Shown one piece after another: positions 51,637-53,499 of a stretch of 53,499 nucleotides of DNA. The notes beneath the pieces were generated by a model. The model did no database searches, was not told where the DNA came from, and was given only the letters and a program-made list of their open reading frames with translations. A program made the position numbers and the translations under genes. The DNA lies in the NCBI GenBank assembly GCA_964534905.1, contig CAZHPZ010000003.1, forward strand, positions 1 through 53,499, written 5' to 3'. Position 1 is the first letter of the stretch. Every line of letters starts with the position of its first letter. The stretch comes from an uncultured Lachnospiraceae bacterium (GTDB lineage: Bacteria; Bacillota; Clostridia; Oscillospirales; CAG-272).

Positions 51637-51684
51637 GAGTTTTTTAATAATTTTTTATATTTTTTTATTTTTTTTGAAAAAGCA

Positions 51685-51713
51685 TTGAAAACACACGCAA
51701 AATTTGATATTAT
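51685..51713 (+). promoter_or_regulatory. Sigma-A promoter of yqeG-pepP (divergent from the tRNA promoter)
   Basis: TTGAAA (51685-90), a 17-nt spacer, then TATTAT (51708-13). Confidence 0.55.
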
Positions 51714-51765
51714 ATTTATGTATTGCTGTTTGCAATATTATCACTATGCTTTGAAAGGCGTTATT

Positions 51766-52275
51766 ATGTTAGATAAATTTTACCCGAACTATTATTTTAA
51801 TACGTTCGAAGAAATCACGCCCGATTTTCTTGCTGAGAAAAATATAAAAACACTTATGATAGACGTAGACAATACGATTGCTCCCTACGATATGCCGGAG
51901 CCCGACGAACGAATTATGAATTGGTTTGAGGCTTTGAATCGCGGCGGTGTTAAATACGCATTCATATCAAACAATACCAGCTCTCACAGGATCAAAAGAT
52001 TCAACAAAAAGATCGGCGCACCCGCGTTTGACAACAGCAAAAAGCCGTTTGCCAAGCGAAACATCGACTCCGCAATGAAAACGCTCGGCGGAGATAAATC
52101 CACGACCGCATTTATCGGAGATCAGATTTTCACAGACGTTTGCGCGGGAAAGATATACGGAATAAGAACAATTCTCGTTCCGCCCATTAAGGACAAAACA
52201 AATCTCTTCTTCAGATTCAAGAGATTTCTCGAAAAGCCCATTATAGACAGCTATTTTAAAAAGCAACACACATAA
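51766..52275 (+). CDS. yqeG: YqeG-family HAD-IIIA phosphatase
   Basis: HAD motif I LMIDVDNTIAPY, motif II FISNN, and FIGDQIFTDV. ATG at 51766 (MLDKFYPNYY) follows GAAAGG. Confidence 0.85.
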   Translation: MLDKFYPNYYFNTFEEITPDFLAEKNIKTLMIDVDNTIAPYDMPEPDERIMNWFEALNRGGVKYAFISNNTSSHRIKRFNKKIGAPAFDNSKKPFAKRNIDSAMKTLGGDKSTTAFIGDQIFTDVCAGKIYGIRTILVPPIKDKTNLFFRFKRFLEKPIIDSYFKKQHT

Positions 52276-52296
52276 TTTATATAAAGGAGATTTTTT

Positions 52297-53382
52297 ATGA
52301 CACAGCTCAAAAGATTGCAAAAAATTATGAACGAGCGAGGCATTGAGGGCATACTTCTCTCCTCCTCTCTCAATCAAAGATACATCTCGGACTTTGCATA
52401 TGACGATGGATACGTTGTTGTATTCGGGGATGCGGCTTATCTGCTCACCGACTTCAGATATACCGAGGCAGCCGAGGCACAGGTAAACAAGGACGATTTT
52501 GAAATTCTCGCTCCCGGCACATCTCTTGTAAAGCTCATACCCACGCTTGCGAAAAAGCACGGAGTCGGAACAATACTTGTTGAGGAAAGCGAGCTTTCTC
52601 TTGAGGGACTTTCGATATTCGAAAAAGCCGCAGAGGGTGCGGTATCATACATCGGCGGAGCTTCGGCAACTCTCACGGAAATGAGAACCGTAAAAACAGA
52701 TGCGGAGCTTGAAAAAATGGCAAGAGCACAAGAGATTACAGACCGTGCATTTTTGCACATCATAGATTTTATCACCCCCGATATGACAGAGCAGGACGTT
52801 GCTCTTGAAATAGAATTTTTCATGCGCAAGATCGGAGCGGAAAGAACATCCTTTGACACTATCGCCGTTTCCGGAAGCGCATCATCCATGCCTCACGGTG
52901 TTCCGAGAAGATGCAAGCTTGAAAGAGGTTTTTTGACGATGGACTTCGGATGTGTTGTCGACGGATATTGCTCGGATATGACAAGAACCGTATCGCTCGG
53001 TAAGGCGGACGACGAAATGAAGCGCCTTTACAACACGGTTTTGCGTGCGCAGACCGAGGCTCTTGCGGCAGCACAGGCAGGTGAAAGAAGCGGATTCAAG
53101 CTTGACAAGATTGCTCGTGATATAATCAACGGAGAGGGATATGTCGGCAGATTCGGCCACTCTCTCGGTCACGGTGTCGGAATGTACATCCACGAATCTC
53201 CCCGTCTTGCACCCGGAGTCGATCCAAATGCACTTCTCGTTCCCGGAAATGTCGTAACATTTGAGCCCGGAATCTATATTCCCGGCGTTTACGGCTGCAG
53301 AATCGAGGATATGGCGGCAATAACCGAGAACGGAATACACAACTTCACACACAGTAAAAAGGAGCTTATCGAGCTCTTCTGA
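52297..53382 (+). CDS. pepP: Xaa-Pro aminopeptidase / M24B family peptidase
   Basis: Metal ligand motifs MDFGCVVDGYCSDMTRT, HSLGHGVGMYIHESP, FEPGIY and RIEDM. ATG follows AAAGGAGA. Confidence 0.9.
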   Translation: MTQLKRLQKIMNERGIEGILLSSSLNQRYISDFAYDDGYVVVFGDAAYLLTDFRYTEAAEAQVNKDDFEILAPGTSLVKLIPTLAKKHGVGTILVEESELSLEGLSIFEKAAEGAVSYIGGASATLTEMRTVKTDAELEKMARAQEITDRAFLHIIDFITPDMTEQDVALEIEFFMRKIGAERTSFDTIAVSGSASSMPHGVPRRCKLERGFLTMDFGCVVDGYCSDMTRTVSLGKADDEMKRLYNTVLRAQTEALAAAQAGERSGFKLDKIARDIINGEGYVGRFGHSLGHGVGMYIHESPRLAPGVDPNALLVPGNVVTFEPGIYIPGVYGCRIEDMAAITENGIHNFTHSKKELIELF

Positions 53383-53387
53383 CAGAT

Positions 53388-53418
53388 AAGCGGCACAAAA
53401 ATTGTGCCGCTTTTATAT
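53388..53418 (+). terminator. Intrinsic terminator after pepP
   Basis: AAGCGGCAC / GTGCCGCTT stem with a 7-nt loop, followed by TTATATT. Confidence 0.75.
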
Positions 53419-53499
53419 TGTGCCTTTAGGCGGGTTGAGCACGCAGTGCGAAACAGACAACCACCCGCTATGCGGGTGGGCAACAAAGGTTATACCAAA

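Noticed and set aside
53421-53499. The hairpin CCACCCGC-tat-GCGGGTGG (53461-53479) and surrounding GC-rich sequence at the window edge, as a possible ncRNA or a terminator of a convergent gene
   Set aside because: It is truncated by the window end. I could not match it to tmRNA, SRP, RNase P or 6S cores by eye, and there is too little sequence to call it.

Overview
This is a low-GC Bacillota (Clostridia-type, possibly Oscillospiraceae) chromosomal segment. Almost every gene lies on the minus strand. I support 39 CDSs, 3 tRNAs, 1 TPP riboswitch, and a set of sigma-A-type promoters and intrinsic terminators. I saw no rRNA, CRISPR array, transposase, integrase or phage gene. Positions 221-18162 form a starch/maltodextrin utilisation locus: P-malQ-pulA | lipoprotein(955 aa) | lipoprotein(873 aa)-malE-malF-malG-GH13 amylase-msmK. 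All five exported proteins in it carry lipoboxes. The rest is mostly housekeeping: an XRE-membrane regulator, a CPA2 antiporter, a ClpC-like unfoldase, cvpA, truA, ecfT/A2/A1, an rRNA-type methyltransferase, ruvC, mfd, pth, polC, ispG, rseP, dxr, cdsA, uppS, frr, pyrH, rlmH, an MBL hydrolase, a GalK-like kinase, wecB, a DUF1934 protein, a tRNA Gly-Arg-His operon, yqeG and pepP. A lone plus-strand GH3 gene and a TPP-riboswitch-controlled thiT interrupt this block. The most unusual signal is in the two tandem multi-module lipoprotein genes. They share a 1,602-bp block that appears base-identical (RBS plus 527 codons). The block ends abruptly mid-domain, and the two genes end in unrelated C-terminal modules. 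The second notable signal is a MalK/MsmK ATPase with about 250 extra C-terminal residues that look like two more TOBE-type regulatory modules. Several ORF-track starts are over-extended or use GTG/TTG, and I re-set them from RBS and promoter context.
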